From assembly GCF_028641065.1 (NCBI RefSeq), contig NC_073411.1, positions 13,330,001-13,394,000 on the forward strand: 64,000 nt of DNA, given 5' to 3'. Below the pieces are notes generated by a model. That model made no database searches and was not told the origin of the DNA. It worked only from the letters and a program-made list of their open reading frames with translations. Of this stretch, positions 35,724 through 49,080 are shown piece after piece. A program made the translations under genes and the position numbers. The stretch's first letter is position 1; each line of letters begins with the position of its first letter. The DNA comes from Leucoraja erinacea (lineage: Eukaryota).

Positions 35724-36311
35724 GTGAGTGACTCTCCAAGCACTGGGGTCCCCACTGGCCCAGAGCACGTCTGCACTGGGTGGGGGGGAGGGGAGGGGGG
35801 AGTGATTGGGCAGGGGGGGGGTGTGGGGAGGGGGGGGATTGGGCAGGGAGGGGATGGTGTGTGCGGAGGGGGATGAGGGCAGGGGGTGTTGGGAGGGGGG
35901 GGCAGGTGGGGGTGTGGGGAGGGTAGGGGGGGGGGGTGTGGGGAGGGGGCTTGGGGTGTGGGGAGAGGGACGGGGCATGGGAGTAGGTGGGCAGCGAGAG
36001 AGAATGCTACAGAACTCCCGTCAGAGCGAGGAAGAGAACTACTTCAAAGTAGACATACCGTGAGGAGATTTCGCAGTGGAGCAGATGAAGTGAGTAGAGA
36101 GGAACTGCAAATGCTGGTTTAACCCGGAGACGGGCAGAAAAAGCTGGGTCAGACAGCGCCTCTGGGGAGAAGGAATAGGTGGCGTTTTGGGTCGAGACCC
36201 CTCTATGTATATCTAGAGGAGTGAGCTGCTGTTGGCGGTCGGGGTGGCGTTTCCGCTGCCTGGGGGCAACGCTCGGTTCCTGTTCCTCCCTGACCCGTGT
36301 CTCTTTGGCAG

Positions 36312-36422
36312 GTTCTCTCCGCAGATGGTCTCACCGCCACATGGAATCCCTCATCCAGCCATCGTAAGCACAGGTATCAAACAGGAGCCGACACACAGCC
36401 AGCCCAGCCCAAGCCACGTCTC
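36312..36422 (+). CDS. TCF7L1: TCF7L1 exon 8
   Basis: RFSPQMVSPPHGIPHPAIVSTGIKQEP, containing the conserved GIPHPAIV...KQE motif. Confidence 0.92.
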
Positions 36423-36605
36423 GTAAGTCATGTTGTCCCTTCACTGGCTCAGTCAATAACAGCAACTGCTCGGTCAACAGCAAGACTTTGATTCAGAGGT
36501 TCACAGTTGATTTATTGTCACCTGCACAGATAAACGGTGTAGTGCTTGCTCTGCATGCGATCCAGTCAAATCTCACTATACATGAGTATACAATAGAAAT
36601 AACAT

Positions 36606-36915
36606 GTGCTGGAGTAACTCAGCGGGTCAGGCAGCATCTGTGGAGAACATAGCTAGGTGACATTTCACAGAGTGCTGGAGTAACTCAGCGGGTCAGGCAG
36701 CATCTGTGGAGAACATGGGTAGGTGACGTTTCACAGAGTGCTGGAGTAACTCAGCGGGTCAGGCAGCATCTGTGGAGAACATGGATAGGTGACGTTTCAC
36801 AGAGTGCTGGAGTAACTCAGTGGGTCAGGCAGCATCTGTGGAGAACATGGATAGGTGACGTTTCACAGAGTGCTGGAGTAACTCAGCGGGTCAGGCAGCA
36901 TCCCTGGAGAACATG
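36606..36915 (-). repeat. Same 66-bp tandem repeat in reverse orientation (TCF7L1 intron 8)
   Basis: About 4.5 copies of the reverse complement of the 990-1745 unit. Confidence 0.9.
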
Positions 36916-38093
36916 GATTGGCAATGTTTCGGGTCGGGACCCTTCTTTAGGCTGATTGTGGTCGCAGGGGCGGTGGGGAGGTGCTGGAAGAGGTTAAGGA
37001 GGCAACAAACGAACATCCCATTTCCCACCTCCCTTTCCGGCAGCCAGCCAGGATTTTGTACCTTGGGGGAGAAGGAGAAAATGTTTGATTCTTTGGGACA
37101 GATAGCAATGGGAGCGATTGGGAATGGTTGAAACCATTAGGACTGTACTGTGGGAATGGGTGATAAAATGTTTTAAGCAATAGACAATAGGTGCAGGAGT
37201 AGGCCATTCGGCCCTTCGAGCCAGCACCGCCATTCAATGTGATCATGGCTGATCATCCACAATCAGTACCCCGTTCCTGCCTTCTCCCCATATCCCCTGA
37301 TTCCGCTATTTTTAAGAGCCCTATCCAGCTCTCTCTTAAAAGTATCCAGAGAACTGGTCTCCACCGCCCTCTGATACAGAGAATTCCATAGACTTACCAC
37401 TCAAAGTGTTTCCTCATCTCCGTTCTAAATGGCTTACCCCTTATTCTTAAACTGTGGTCCCCTGGTTCTGGACTCCCCCAACATCGGGAACATGTTTCCT
37501 GCCTCCAACGTGTCCAAACCCTTAACAATCTTATATATTTCAATAAGACTGCCGCTCATCCTTCTAAACTCCAGAGTGTACAAGCCCAGCCGCTCCATTC
37601 TCCCAGCTTATGACAGTCCCGCCATCCCGGGAATTAACCATGTAAACCTACGCTGCATTCCCTCAATAGCAAGAATGTCCTTCCTCAAATTAGGGGACCA
37701 AGGAGGGAAGAGACAGAGACTTTAAGACTTTTGCCTCCATCACAGTGAGGAGGTGCCTGGTGAACTCACAGTGGTGGGTGTTAATTTGTGTTTATTGTAT
37801 GTTTCTTATTTATTATTATATGTATGACTGCAGGCAACAAAATTTCGTTCAGACCGAAAGGTCTGAATGACAATAAAGGAATCCAATCCAATCCAATCCA
37901 AAACTGCACACAATACTCCAGGTGTGGTCTCTCTAGGGCTCCAGCAAAACTGATTGCCGAAGAGTTTGGTTTCTCTGGGTTGTGTCCACTGGGGAAGGGT
38001 TGGGTGCATTGGGACTGGGTCCAAGGGGCTTGGCTTTGTAGCCGTGACTATGGGTGGTCTGGGTCCTGACCATCGCGCCTGCCTTTGTTTCAG

Positions 38094-38253
38094 GAGACCT
38101 CCGTCCATTAAGGAGGAGGACGAGAAGAGGAAGCCACACATCAAGAAGCCTCTGAACGCCTTCATGCTGTACATGAAGGAGATGCGAGCCAAGGTTGTGG
38201 CAGAGTGCACGCTCAAAGAGAGCGCGGCCATTAACCAGATCCTGGGGCGCAAG
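38094..38253 (+). CDS. TCF7L1: TCF7L1 exon 9 (HMG box, first part)
   Basis: [41 protein letters not shown]|gtaagg. Confidence 0.97.
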
Positions 38254-38325
38254 GTAAGGTCCACACGCAGCGACACACGGCTTGCAGGTACAGCAGGGCC
38301 GCTGGAACTTTGGTTCAGTTTAGAG

Positions 38326-38757
38326 CAGTGGTGTACGCCCCACAGGGGGGCAATTTGATTTTTAAGGGGGGCAATTGCGCGCAACTGAGGTCTGGGTCCA
38401 AATTTTTGTTTTTTATTTTTCTCTCTTTATTACCTGTGAATACTCTTTTATTATCATATTTATCATTATTATTATTTTAATACCACCTAATGTTTTTTCT
38501 TTTTTTTTTTACAATTTTTTAGTAATTTCTTGCTCAGAACTTTAACTGTCTTTTGTTTATTTCATTTTTCTTTTTCATGGATGCCATGTTCTTTTGAAGC
38601 TTGTTTAAACCAAGGTATTGGCGTTTTAAGCTTCTTCAGCTGAAACGGAGTTCACTTTTTAAATGATAAGAATTATATATCACCACATGGGGGGGGGGCA
38701 TTAGGATTTTAGAGGTGATTAGGTGGGGCATGGCCAAAAAAAGGTTGGGAACCACTG
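38326..38757. mobile_element. hAT (Charlie-like) MITE
   Basis: Ends CAGTGGT...ACCACTG with a perfect 8-bp TSD GTTTAGAG on both sides. Confidence 0.85.
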
Positions 38758-38814
38758 GTTTAGAGATACAGATCCACCGAGTCCGCGCCAACCGGCGATC
38801 ACCCCACCACTAGT

Positions 38815-39120
38815 TTAATGTAGAGATACAGCACGGAACCAGGCCATTCGGCCCACTGGGTCCATGCTGACCAGCAAACCCCCGCACCATAACACTATCC
38901 TACACCCACTAGGGACAATTTTTACACTTGTACCAAGCCAAATTAACCAACATACCTGTACGTCTTTGGAGTGGGGGAGGAAACCGAAGATCGCGGAGAA
39001 AACCCACGCAGGTCACGGGGAGAACGTACAGACGGCGCCCGTAGTCGGGATCGAACCCGGGTCTCCGGCGCTGCATTCGCTGTAAGGCAGCAACTCTACC
39101 GCTGCGCCACCGTGACCGCC
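38815..39120 (-). mobile_element. tRNA-derived SINE (V-SINE/HE1-like)
   Basis: A box GGTGGCGCAGCGG and B box GGTTCGATCCC on the minus strand, with a TCTCTA-type tail. Confidence 0.75.
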
Positions 39121-40679
39121 CAGTTTAGACCGTTAGTTTAGTGCAGAGATACAGCACGGAAACAGGCCCTTGGGCCCACCACATCCGTGCCGACCAGCGA
39201 TCACCCGAACACTAGTTTAGTTTAGAGATACCGTGCCGACCAGCGATGCCCGTACGGTAGGACAATCCTACACACCTGGGACAATTTACAATTTTTTTTA
39301 CTGAAGCCAATTAACCTGCAAACCTGTACGTTTTGGGGATGTGAGAGGAAACTGGAGCACCTGTGTAGAATAGTAGAATAGTTTCTTTATTGTCATTGTA
39401 ACATGAACCATGTACAACGAAATTTAAAAATGTCAGCCAGTCAGTGCACCATTCAAACATTTCTAAAAGCTAACGATACATACAAGGTAAAATATTAAAA
39501 GATAAACAACTAAATAAATATCACGAAAATAGCACGCATAAACACCCAACCCTCCATCCTTCTGTCGATTTCACAGTGTACCACAGTCCCTTAGTATGTA
39601 TCGCCCCTGCGTTCCTTGGCGGCTACATTTAGTGCTTTTATAGCAGTGGGGTAATGGTAGCAATGGAACACCCATACGGTCACAGGGAGAACGTACAAAC
39701 TCCCTACGGAGAGCACCTATAGTCAGGATGGAACCCAGTTCTCTGGCGCTGTGAGGCAGCATCTCTACCACTGCACCACCATGCCTCCGCGCTGTTAGTT
39801 GGATCTCTTGTGATTTGTAAATATTTTAGTAAATGTTGGGGGGATGTTAAGTTGGGTTTGGATTTACGTGGAAAGATAGAAAGTAGGTGCAGGAGTAGAC
39901 CATTCGGCCCTTCCAGCCAGCACTGCCATTCAATATGATCATGGCTGATCATCCACAATCAGTACCCCGTTCCGGCTTTCTCCCCATAACCATTGAATCC
40001 TTTAGCCTGAAGAGCTAAATCTAACTCTCTTGAAAACATCCAGTGAATTGGCCTCCACTGCCTACTGTGGCAGAGAATTCCACAGATTCACAACTCCTCC
40101 AACCTTATCTACTGTAGTCGCTGTTCCAGGTGAGACCAAGTGCAGGCTCAGACATGGTTTCGCCGAACACCTCCGCTCACAGTCACAGATTCACAACTCT
40201 CTGGGTGAAAAAGTTTTTCCCCATCTCAGTCCTAAATGGCCGACCCCTTTATTCTTAAACTGTGACCCCTGGATCTGGACTTGCCGCCAACACCAGGAAC
40301 ATATTTCCTGCTGTTTATTTCTATAAGATCCCCTCTCATCTTTCTAAATTCCGGTGAATGTAAGGCCAGTCGATCCATTCTTTCATCATATGCGGAGAAG
40401 GCAGGAACGGGGTACTGATTGGGGATGATCAGCCATGATCACATTGAATGGTGGTGCTGGTTCGAAGGGCCGAATGGCCTACTCCTGCACCTACTGTCTA
40501 TTGTCTACCATACGCCAGGGTGTGGAGTAGCTGGGATCTCATTACTGCTGGGGTCAAGTGTCCGATCTCGGACAGTGGCTGCACTGGGTGACTGGTTCAG
40601 ACGGAGCTTGGAGGGAGGGAGTGAGTGAGGGGGGTGGTCTGTGCTGTCCAGCAATTGACCCCTCTGCCTGTGTCCACAG

Positions 40680-40787
40680 TGGCACGGCCTGACACGTGAG
40701 CAGCAGTCCAAGTACTATGAGCTGGCGAGGATGGAGAGGCAGCTGCACTCCCAGCTCTACCCTGGCTGGTCGGCACGTGACAACTAT
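40680..40787 (+). CDS. TCF7L1: TCF7L1 exon 10 (HMG box, second part)
   Basis: [36 protein letters not shown]|gtaagt; LHSQLYP is TCF7L1-type. Confidence 0.96.
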
Positions 40788-41514
40788 GTAAGTACTCTCC
40801 CAGCCTAGTCTGCGCCGCTGGCCGCCGTGACTCTCGTCTCCCCGCCAGACGTGTGGACGGACCCAAGGGGAGATGGAGTCTAGTGATGCAGAACCCATGG
40901 AGACCCCAAACGTCGCCTATTCCTTCTCTCTGTAGATGCTGCCCCACCCGCTGAGTTTCTCCAGCATTTTTCGTTCACTTTCACTTTGTCCGTGCCCAGT
41001 GCCAGATCTTGTACACCTCAATATCCAGCCTCTCCCTCTAACTCGAGCCCAACTAACATCCTGAATCATTCTGCTTGGTGGTTGACATGTGACATTGAGG
41101 GGGAATGGGGGGGGGGGGGGGGGGCGTGTTCTCGATGGGCAGGGAGGGGGGGGTCAGGGGTCAGGGGGGGCCCCTTGGGTTGGCCAGAATTTGGTTTTCT
41201 GGGTTGGGGGGGATGGTGGGTGGTCAGTTTAGTGGTGGGTGAGGGATCAGTTGGTCACGGGGTGGTCAGTAGAGGGGTGTGGGGGGTCGGAGGGCTGTAC
41301 CGGTTGGGTGAAGGGGTCAGCTGGTCAGTGGGTGGCCTGGTGTGGTGTGGGGGGCCGGAGGGCTGTACTGGGTGGGTGAAGGGGTCAGCTGGTCAGTGGG
41401 TGGTCGGGTGTGGTGGTGGGGGGTCGGAGGGCTGTACCGGGTGGGTGAAGGGGTCAGCTGGTCAGGGAATGGCCGGGCCGTGCTGAGCTCACTGACTTGG
41501 TTTCCATTTTTCAG

Positions 41515-41572
41515 GGGAAGCGGAAAAAGAGGAAACGAGGCAAACAGCAGATGACCGAGGAGAGTAACCCAG
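41515..41572 (+). CDS. TCF7L1: TCF7L1 exon 11 (basic tail/NLS)
   Basis: tttcag|GKRKKRKRGKQQMTEESNP-G|gtgtgt. Confidence 0.9.
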
Positions 41573-42978
41573 GTGTGTCCTCTGACCCCAGGGTCAGCCA
41601 GGGGTCACCGCAAGGGGTCACTGGGTTATCGCAGGTCGGCCGGGGGTTACTGTGGGTCACCGGTGGGCAAGGCTGAGATGGATGCTGGGGGGAGTTCCGG
41701 TTCGATCCTCGACTTGGGTACTGTCTGTGTGGAGTTTGCACGTTACCCTTGTGACCTGCGTGGGTTTCCTCCGGGTGCTCCGGTTTCCTCCCACATAGAA
41801 AATAGGTGCAGGAGTAGGCCATTCGGCCCTTTGAGCCCGCACTGCCATTCAATGTGACGATCATCTCTGGGAGAGTACTTACATTCAATGGCTGATCATC
41901 CAACTCAGGTACAGGATACTGAGTTGGATGATCAGCCATGATCATATTGAATGGCGGTGCAGGCTCGAAGGGCCGAATGGCCTACTCCTGCACCTATCTT
42001 CTATGTTTCTATCCCATAGACGTGCGGGTTTGTAGGATAATTGGCCCCTAGTGTGTAAGGAAAAAATGGGATAACATAGAACTATCGTGATTAGAAGGAT
42101 AGAAGGAGTTTAGAAGAATGAGGGGGGGGGGGGGTCTCATTGAAACTTACCGAATAGTGATAGTGAAAGGCCTGGATAAAGTGGATGAGGAGAGGGTGTT
42201 TCCACTAGTGGAAGAATCTAGGACCAGAGGGCACAGCCTCAGAATAAAAGGATGTACCATTAGACAGGAGATGAGGAAAACTTTCTTTAGTCATAGGGGG
42301 ATGAATGGCTGGAATCCGTTGCCACAGAAGGCTGTAGAGGTTAAGTCGTGGGTATTTTTATAATGGAGATTGACAAATTCTTGATTAGTAAGGTGGACAC
42401 GGGTTGTGGGGAGAAGGCAGGAGAATGGGGTTGAGAGGGAAGGATGGATCAGCCATGTTTGAATAGTGGAGTAGATCTTGATGGGCCGAATGGCCTAATT
42501 CTGCTCCTATCACCTATGAACATGAGTGAATAGAGGAACCAAGTCTGGAGGGTTCGCAAGTTAGAGGAGTAGAATTAGGCCATTTGGCCCACTGAGTCTA
42601 CCCTGCCATTCAATCAAGGCTGATCTCTGCCTCCTAATGCCATTTTCCTGCCTGATCTCTTCTTCTTCTTGCTTACGGCATGCACAGCCTAAAGTTGTAG
42701 GACAACTTGTTCTATTTGATCTTATTTAATTGTGCACGCCAGGTTGATTGCATTAGTCGAAACAGGGCGGACCTCGTGAAGGTTGCAATCTCCCACCCCT
42801 GCCTGATTCCCATGACACCCGTTCCAATCAAGAATTTGTCTATCTCTGCCTTAAATATATCCACTGTGGGTGGTGAATCTGTGGATTTCATTGCCTCTAG
42901 TGTGTGGCCATTCGGCCCACTGCGTGCATGCTGACCCACTGTGTGTGACTCTCTAATGGTGGCCTCCTTCTCCCACAG

Positions 42979-43331
42979 ATGCATCCGTGCCTGTTGCCCA
43001 TCGGCGGGTGAGGAGCCGCTCAGCGCACGTGGACGGGATCTACTCCCTGCCCCTCTCTGCCTCGGCCAGCGTCCTGGACTCCCCTCCGTCCCCGCCCGGC
43101 CGAGACCCCGACCAGTCGCCGCCTCCCTCGCTGACCGCCAGGCAGGACTACCCGTCCAAACCACGGCCCCCTAGCTCCAGCCCGGGCTCCCGCTACCTCT
43201 CTCAGGCCGCCACCCCCACCTTCCTCCTCACCCCCCCCTCCTCAGTGGAGGCAGCCACTCACCCTCACTACGCCTCACAGACACAGCCGTTGTCCCTGGT
43301 GACCAAGTCCCCGGTGACCGCCGACCCCTGA
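42979..43331 (+). CDS. TCF7L1: TCF7L1 terminal exon with CtBP motif PLSLVTK
   Basis: Acceptor cccacag. Reads DASVPVAH...ASVLDSP...QTQPLSLVTKSPVTADP*. No CRARF C-clamp was seen, consistent with TCF7L1. Confidence 0.88.
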
Positions 43332-46300
43332 CCCCCGACCCCCTGCTCAATCTGCCTCTCTGATTGACACCTGACCTCCCGGAGAATTTTTTAAAAGATG
43401 TTCTTTGAAGCTGGTCAATATTTGACCCCATTTTTTTTATATTGATACCTGTAAATAACTTTTTTATAACGTTGTAGCTGGAGGAAGGCGAAGGAGGACC
43501 TGCAGTGGGTGGGGAAGACGGGGGTGGAGGAAGGGGGGGCCTGCTGGGCTGCAGCTTGGGGCATCCTCACCAGGGTTAGTGGAGGTGAGCATCACTGGGC
43601 TGCCTGTTAAAATGGCTGGTCCGCAGGGTGGAGGCGTAGCCTAGCGTAGGGTGGGTCAGTTCCAGAGCCGATCCCTGGCACGGCCTAGGGGGTGGTTTAG
43701 GATCCAACATCACCGAGCTTGTGGGGGGTGGTGGTGATCGCCTACTCGATCTCCCCGTCTCTCCCTGTCGCTGGGCAAGAATGCCAGCCTATGTGGGGCA
43801 CCCTGACAGTCAGTAGACAATCAATGATGCTGAGACTCTTCCCCACCCCCAACCCCCACCCCCACCCACACGCTGGAAACAACATCAGTCCTTTGCCCAG
43901 TTAAGTAGGGTTGTGAATTCTGCATTCTAGGTGAGGGGGACTGTCCCAATGCTTGGGAGCAAGTTCTGGCTTTGCCCAACCCCTTGCTTGTACAGAGTGC
44001 ATTGGCTTCTCACTCAGTCCCTTCACCTGCGCTGTTGGCTTGTCCAGGACCTGCTCCTTCTCTGCAGGAGGCTGGGTCAGGGCATGGTTCCCTCATGGTC
44101 CAGTGGCCTTACCAAGCCTTCCACACACCGTCCACCACGTGGCTGGGTAAAATCTCCGCGCCGGCCAGAGTTACTCTCCCTGTCTGTCGGACCTGTCAGT
44201 GTGAGCGAACTTCCACCAGACCCATTGCAGTCACATTTGTTGCCATTTAAGACCATTCCATCCTCCATATCCCATCCATTGATTTTATTTTTGCTTTGTT
44301 TAAAACATGTACAAATTTCTGCATAAACATATTATATAAGAAAAATTATAGTTTACAGTTTACATTTTATTTTTGTTCTCCGATGTGTTTACTTTGAGAT
44401 TTTGTTTTGGAGAGAGGAGCGATGAACACCAACTTTGAAGGAATAGTAACGGGGGAGGTGGGGGGGTAATATGGGGGGGGGGGGGGGGGGGTGGCGCATT
44501 TAATTATTCATTTGCTACTTCATTCCCAAAGCTTCAGTTTGTAGAACGTGATTGTAGAATGAAAATGTTGAAGAAACCTCACAGAGTGGAACAAGCTGCC
44601 AGAGGAGGTAGTTGAGGCAGGGACTATCCCAATGTTTAAGCAACGTGGATAGGACAGGTTTGGAGGGATATGGACCAAATGCAGGCAGGTGGGACTAGTG
44701 TAGATGGGACATGTTGGCCGTTGTGGGCAAGTTGGGCCGAAAGGCCTGTTTCCACACCGTATCACTCAAATAAATAATGTGGAATTCTCTGCCTCAGAGG
44801 GCGGTGGAGGCAGGTTCTCTGGATGCTTTCAAGAGAGAGCTAGATAGGGCTCTTAAAAATAGCGGAGTCAGGGGATACGGGGGAGAAGGCAGGAACGGGG
44901 TACTGATTGGGGATGATCACATTGAATGGCGGTGCTGGCTCGAAGGGCCGAATGGCCTACTCCTGCACCTATTGTCTATTGTCTAAACTATGCATGAGTG
45001 TACAATAGAACACACAAAGTGCTGGAGTAACTCAGTGGATCAGGCAGCATCTTTGAAGAACATGGTTAGGTGACGTTTTGGGTCGGGACCCTTCTTTGGA
45101 GTCCTTGCTCCAAACTCCTCACCTTTGCATCTGATTACCACTCAGTCCCCAGAGATGCTGCCCGACCGCACTGAGTTACTCCAGCCCTTTGAAGCATGAA
45201 GTGTAGGTGGAGTCAATGGAAAGGAGGTTGGTCTGGGCTGCGTCCACAATTCTCTGCAATTCCATGCGGGCTTGGCACGGGGCTGTTCCCAATCCATGGT
45301 GTATCTGTATCTTGACGTACAATCACCATCACTGGTTGTCGCTGTAGATGTTGGTGAGAGTTGATATCTAGGGACAAAAGCAGGGCAATGCATCTGTCTG
45401 CTCAGCCCTGGTTGAATTGAATTATCTCTGAGGGTCAAGTACTATTTTCCATGGGATGTGGCATTAAAGCTGTGAGACGGACAAATAGAAGCTCGGGGTT
45501 AGACTGAATGAAGGCGTCTGCTAGAATCTGTCGCCCCTTGTTTCTCTCCAGTGTAGAGGAGACACAGTCCATACAGTTGGAGAGGCTGAGACTGCACACG
45601 GTGTAATCGAGAGCGGACAGGGACTCGGCGAGTCAGGCAGCATCTGTGGAGGTGAATGGATGGTTGATGTTTCGGGTCGAGACCTTTCATCGCCTATCCC
45701 TCTGTCTCCACGGATGCTGCCTGACCTGCCGAGTTCTTCCAGCTCTTTGTCTTTTGCACCTCGTTCATTTTTATTTCTCTCTCTCTCTCTCCACTTTCCT
45801 CATTCATCTGCTCCACGCTGGTCATTTCAAATTCACAATTCAAATTTCCTGCCATCGATTGACCTATCATAACGCTCCTTCCCAGGTTGTCCTGCCCCTA
45901 TCAGTGATGGGCACTTGACCTGACCAATCAGTGCCATAGAAACAGACAATAGGGCCATTCAGCCCTTCGAGCCAGCACCGCCATTCAATATGATCATGGC
46001 TGATCATCCAAAAACAGTACCCCGTTCCTGCCTTCTCCCCATATCCCTTGATTCCATTAGTCCCAAGAGCTAAATCTAACTCTCTTGAACGCATCCAGTG
46101 AATTGGCCTCCATTGCCTTCTGTGGCAGAGAATTCCACAGATTCTCTGGATGAAAACATTTTTCCTCATCTCAATCCTAAATGGCCTACCTCTTATTCTT
46201 AAACTGTGACCACTGGTTCTCGACTCCCGTAACATTGTGAACAGTTTTCCTGCATCTAGCCTGTCCAATCCTTTCAAAATGTTATATGTTTCTATTAGAT

Positions 46301-48194
46301 CCCATCTCATCCTAAATTCCAGCCCAGTTGACCTATTATTTCATCCTACATCAATCCCGTCATCCCTATTATTATCCTGGTGAACCTACGCTGCACTCAC
46401 TCAATAGCAAGAATGTCCTTCCACAAATTAGGAGACCAAAACTGCACACAAAACTCCAGGTGCGGTCTCAACAGGGCCCTGTAAAACTGCACTCAAATCC
46501 TCTCGTTACGAATGCCAGCATGCCATTAGATTTCTTCACTGCCTGCTGTACCTGCATGCTTACTTTCAGTGATTATGTACAAGCACACCCAGGTCTCGTT
46601 GCACCTCCCCTTCTCCTAATCTGACACCATTCAGATAATTCTGAAGAAGGGTCTAGACCCGAGGCGTCACCCATTCCTTCTCTCTAGAGATGCTCCAGTC
46701 CTGATGAGTTGCTCCAGCATTTTGTTTACCTTCGATTTAAAGCAGCATCTGCATTTCTTTCCTACACCATTCAGATAATAATCCGCCTTCCTGTTCTTGC
46801 CACCAAAGTGGATAACTTGCATTTATCCACATTATAGGTAGGCAAAAATGCTGGAGAAACTCAGCGGGTGCAGCAGCATCAATGCAGCGAAGGAAATAGG
46901 CAACGTTTCGTGCCGAAATCCTCCTTCAGACCGATATTATCCACATTATACTGCGTCTGCCATGCTTCTGCCCACTCACCCATCCTAATCCAGGTCACTC
47001 TGCAGTCTCATAGAGCAGCGAAGGAAGATGAGGAAAAAAGTTTTCACACAGAGTTGTGAATTTGTGGAATTCTCTGCCTCAGAAGGCAGTGGAGGCTGAT
47101 TCACTGGATGCATTCAAAAGAGAGTTAGATAGAGCTCTTAGGGCTAGCAGGATAGAAAATAGGTGCAGGAGTAGGCCATTCAGCCCTTCGATTCGCCCCC
47201 CCCCCCCCTCGGATCTAGGTATATTTGGGGGGGGGGGAAGCAGGAATGGTTTCGAGACCATTCGGCCCTTCAGCCATGATCACATTGAATGGTGGTGTTG
47301 GCTCGAAGGGCCGAATGGTCTATTCCTGCACCTATTGTCTATTGTATCTAAAGAGCTGGCGTTACTCAGCGGGACAGGCAGCATCTCTGGAGTAATCCCG
47401 CCCACCTGCCTATGATGGGCACCAGGCCGGGCCAATCAATCGCGATGTCCCGCGATGTCCCGCCCACCCCTCCGATGATGGGCACCGGCTCGACCATTCA
47501 GCGCCGCCGCTCGGCCCAGTGGACCAATGAGCCGGAGGAGGGGCGTATCCTCGCTGCAAAGAGTTGGTGCACAAGTTGCCATCGACTTTTTATAGTTTTG
47601 TATTCGCTTTTAAAAAATATATATATATTAAAAAATCAACGTTTTGGAATTAAGTCAAACAGTCTTTATCTGTGTGTTCATTTACAAACGTCCTAGACTA
47701 TAGACAAAAGTGCAGGAGGAGGCCATTCGGCCCTTCGAGTCAGCACCGCCATTCATTGTGATCATGTCTGATCATCCACAATCCTGCCTTCTCCCCATAT
47801 CCATTAATTCCTCTAGCCCTGAGAGCTCTGTATAACTCTCTTTTGAATGCATCCAGTGAATTGGTCTCCACTGCCTACTGAGGCAGGGAATTCCACAGAT
47901 TTACAACACTGGGTGAAAATGTTTTTCCTCGTCTCAGTCTGATTGCCAACCCCTCGTTCTTACTGTGGCCCCTGGTTCTGTACTCCACCAACATCGGGAA
48001 CTTGTTTCCTGCCTCTAGCGTGTCCAATCCCTCAATAATCTTATATGTTATATTATGGAACAGTCTCTATGTGATTCTGAGGAAGGGTCTTGACCTGAAA
48101 CGTCACCAATTCCACGTACACATCGCCCCCTACACCACACGTTACACTGTTATACTACTCGTGTGGACTGCTGCAAGTCACACACGATCCTTTG

Positions 48195-48900
48195 CACTAA
48201 TGCACCTTGCATTGCCGCTGTGCATCGTTGCATGCCATGCATTGCCCATTGCACCGTCCGCTGGGCACTGTCGCATGTCCTGAACACCATTACATGCCAT
48301 GCACTCCCCTGTGCATCGTTGCATGTCATACAATGTCCCTGGGCACAGTTACAACCCATGCATTGTGGCCCATGGGCACAGTTTCATGCCATGCATCGTC
48401 CCTGGCCACGGTTGCAATATATGCATCGCCTCTGTGCACCATTGCACGAAATGCATCGGCCCCGTGCATTGCCCCATGTGAACAGCTGCACGTCGTGCAT
48501 TGGCCCTGTGCACCGTTCCATGACGTGCATTGGCCCTGTGCACCGTTGCATGTCATGCATTGGCCCTGTGCACCGTTGCATGTCATGCATTGGCCCTTTG
48601 CACCTGCACTGCCCCATGTGCAACATTGCACGCCGTGCATTGCCGCACGCGTATCATTGCATTGGCCCTGTGCACAGCTGCACATTACCCCATCGCCCCC
48701 CCTGTGCACCGTTGCATGCCGTGCATTGCCCGATGTGTACCGTTGCACGACATGCATCGCCCTGTGCGCAGCTGTACATGTACGGCCCCCATTGCACGCC
48801 ATGCATTACTCCCTGTGCACCACATTGCACGTCATGCATTGCCACCAGTGCACGCCCATGCATCCCCCCCCTCTGTGCACCGTTGCATGTCATGCATTCC
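48195..48900. repeat. Degenerate 30-bp TGCA-rich minisatellite upstream of UBE2D exon A
   Basis: The unit TGCATTGGCCCTGTGCACCGTTGCATGTCA is clearest at 48495-48605. Confidence 0.8.
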
Positions 48901-48924
48901 CTCCACTGCCCCCACCTTGAAGCT

Positions 48925-49056
48925 CACACCTGCCGCGGGTCCGCTCCGCCGTCGGCGCATGCGTGCCGCCCGCCATTGTGACGTCGCGGGTGCGCGGCCC
49001 CGCGTGACGTCAGCGGAGACGGGAGCGGCGCGAGTCTGAGGCGCGCGGCCGCGGGG
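48925..49056 (+). promoter_or_regulatory. CpG-rich promoter of UBE2D exon A
   Basis: NRF1-like GCGCATGCGT (48955), YY1-like CCGCCATTGT (48970), TGACGTCG (48979) and a perfect CRE TGACGTCA (49005). Confidence 0.65.
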
Positions 49057-49080
49057 ATGGCGCACCGGCGGATCAACAAG
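49057..49080 (+). CDS. UBE2D: UBE2D-type first coding exon A (MAHRRINK)
   Basis: ggggATGG context, 24 coding nt, phase-0 donor GTAGGC. Homologous to the MALKRI(N/H/Q)K first exon of UBE2D genes. Confidence 0.7.

Noticed and set aside
48163-49039. Cys/His-rich ORFs resembling keratin-associated or metal-binding proteins
   Set aside because: They are open in several frames on both strands because the TGCA minisatellite lacks stops; no homology or splice structure was seen.
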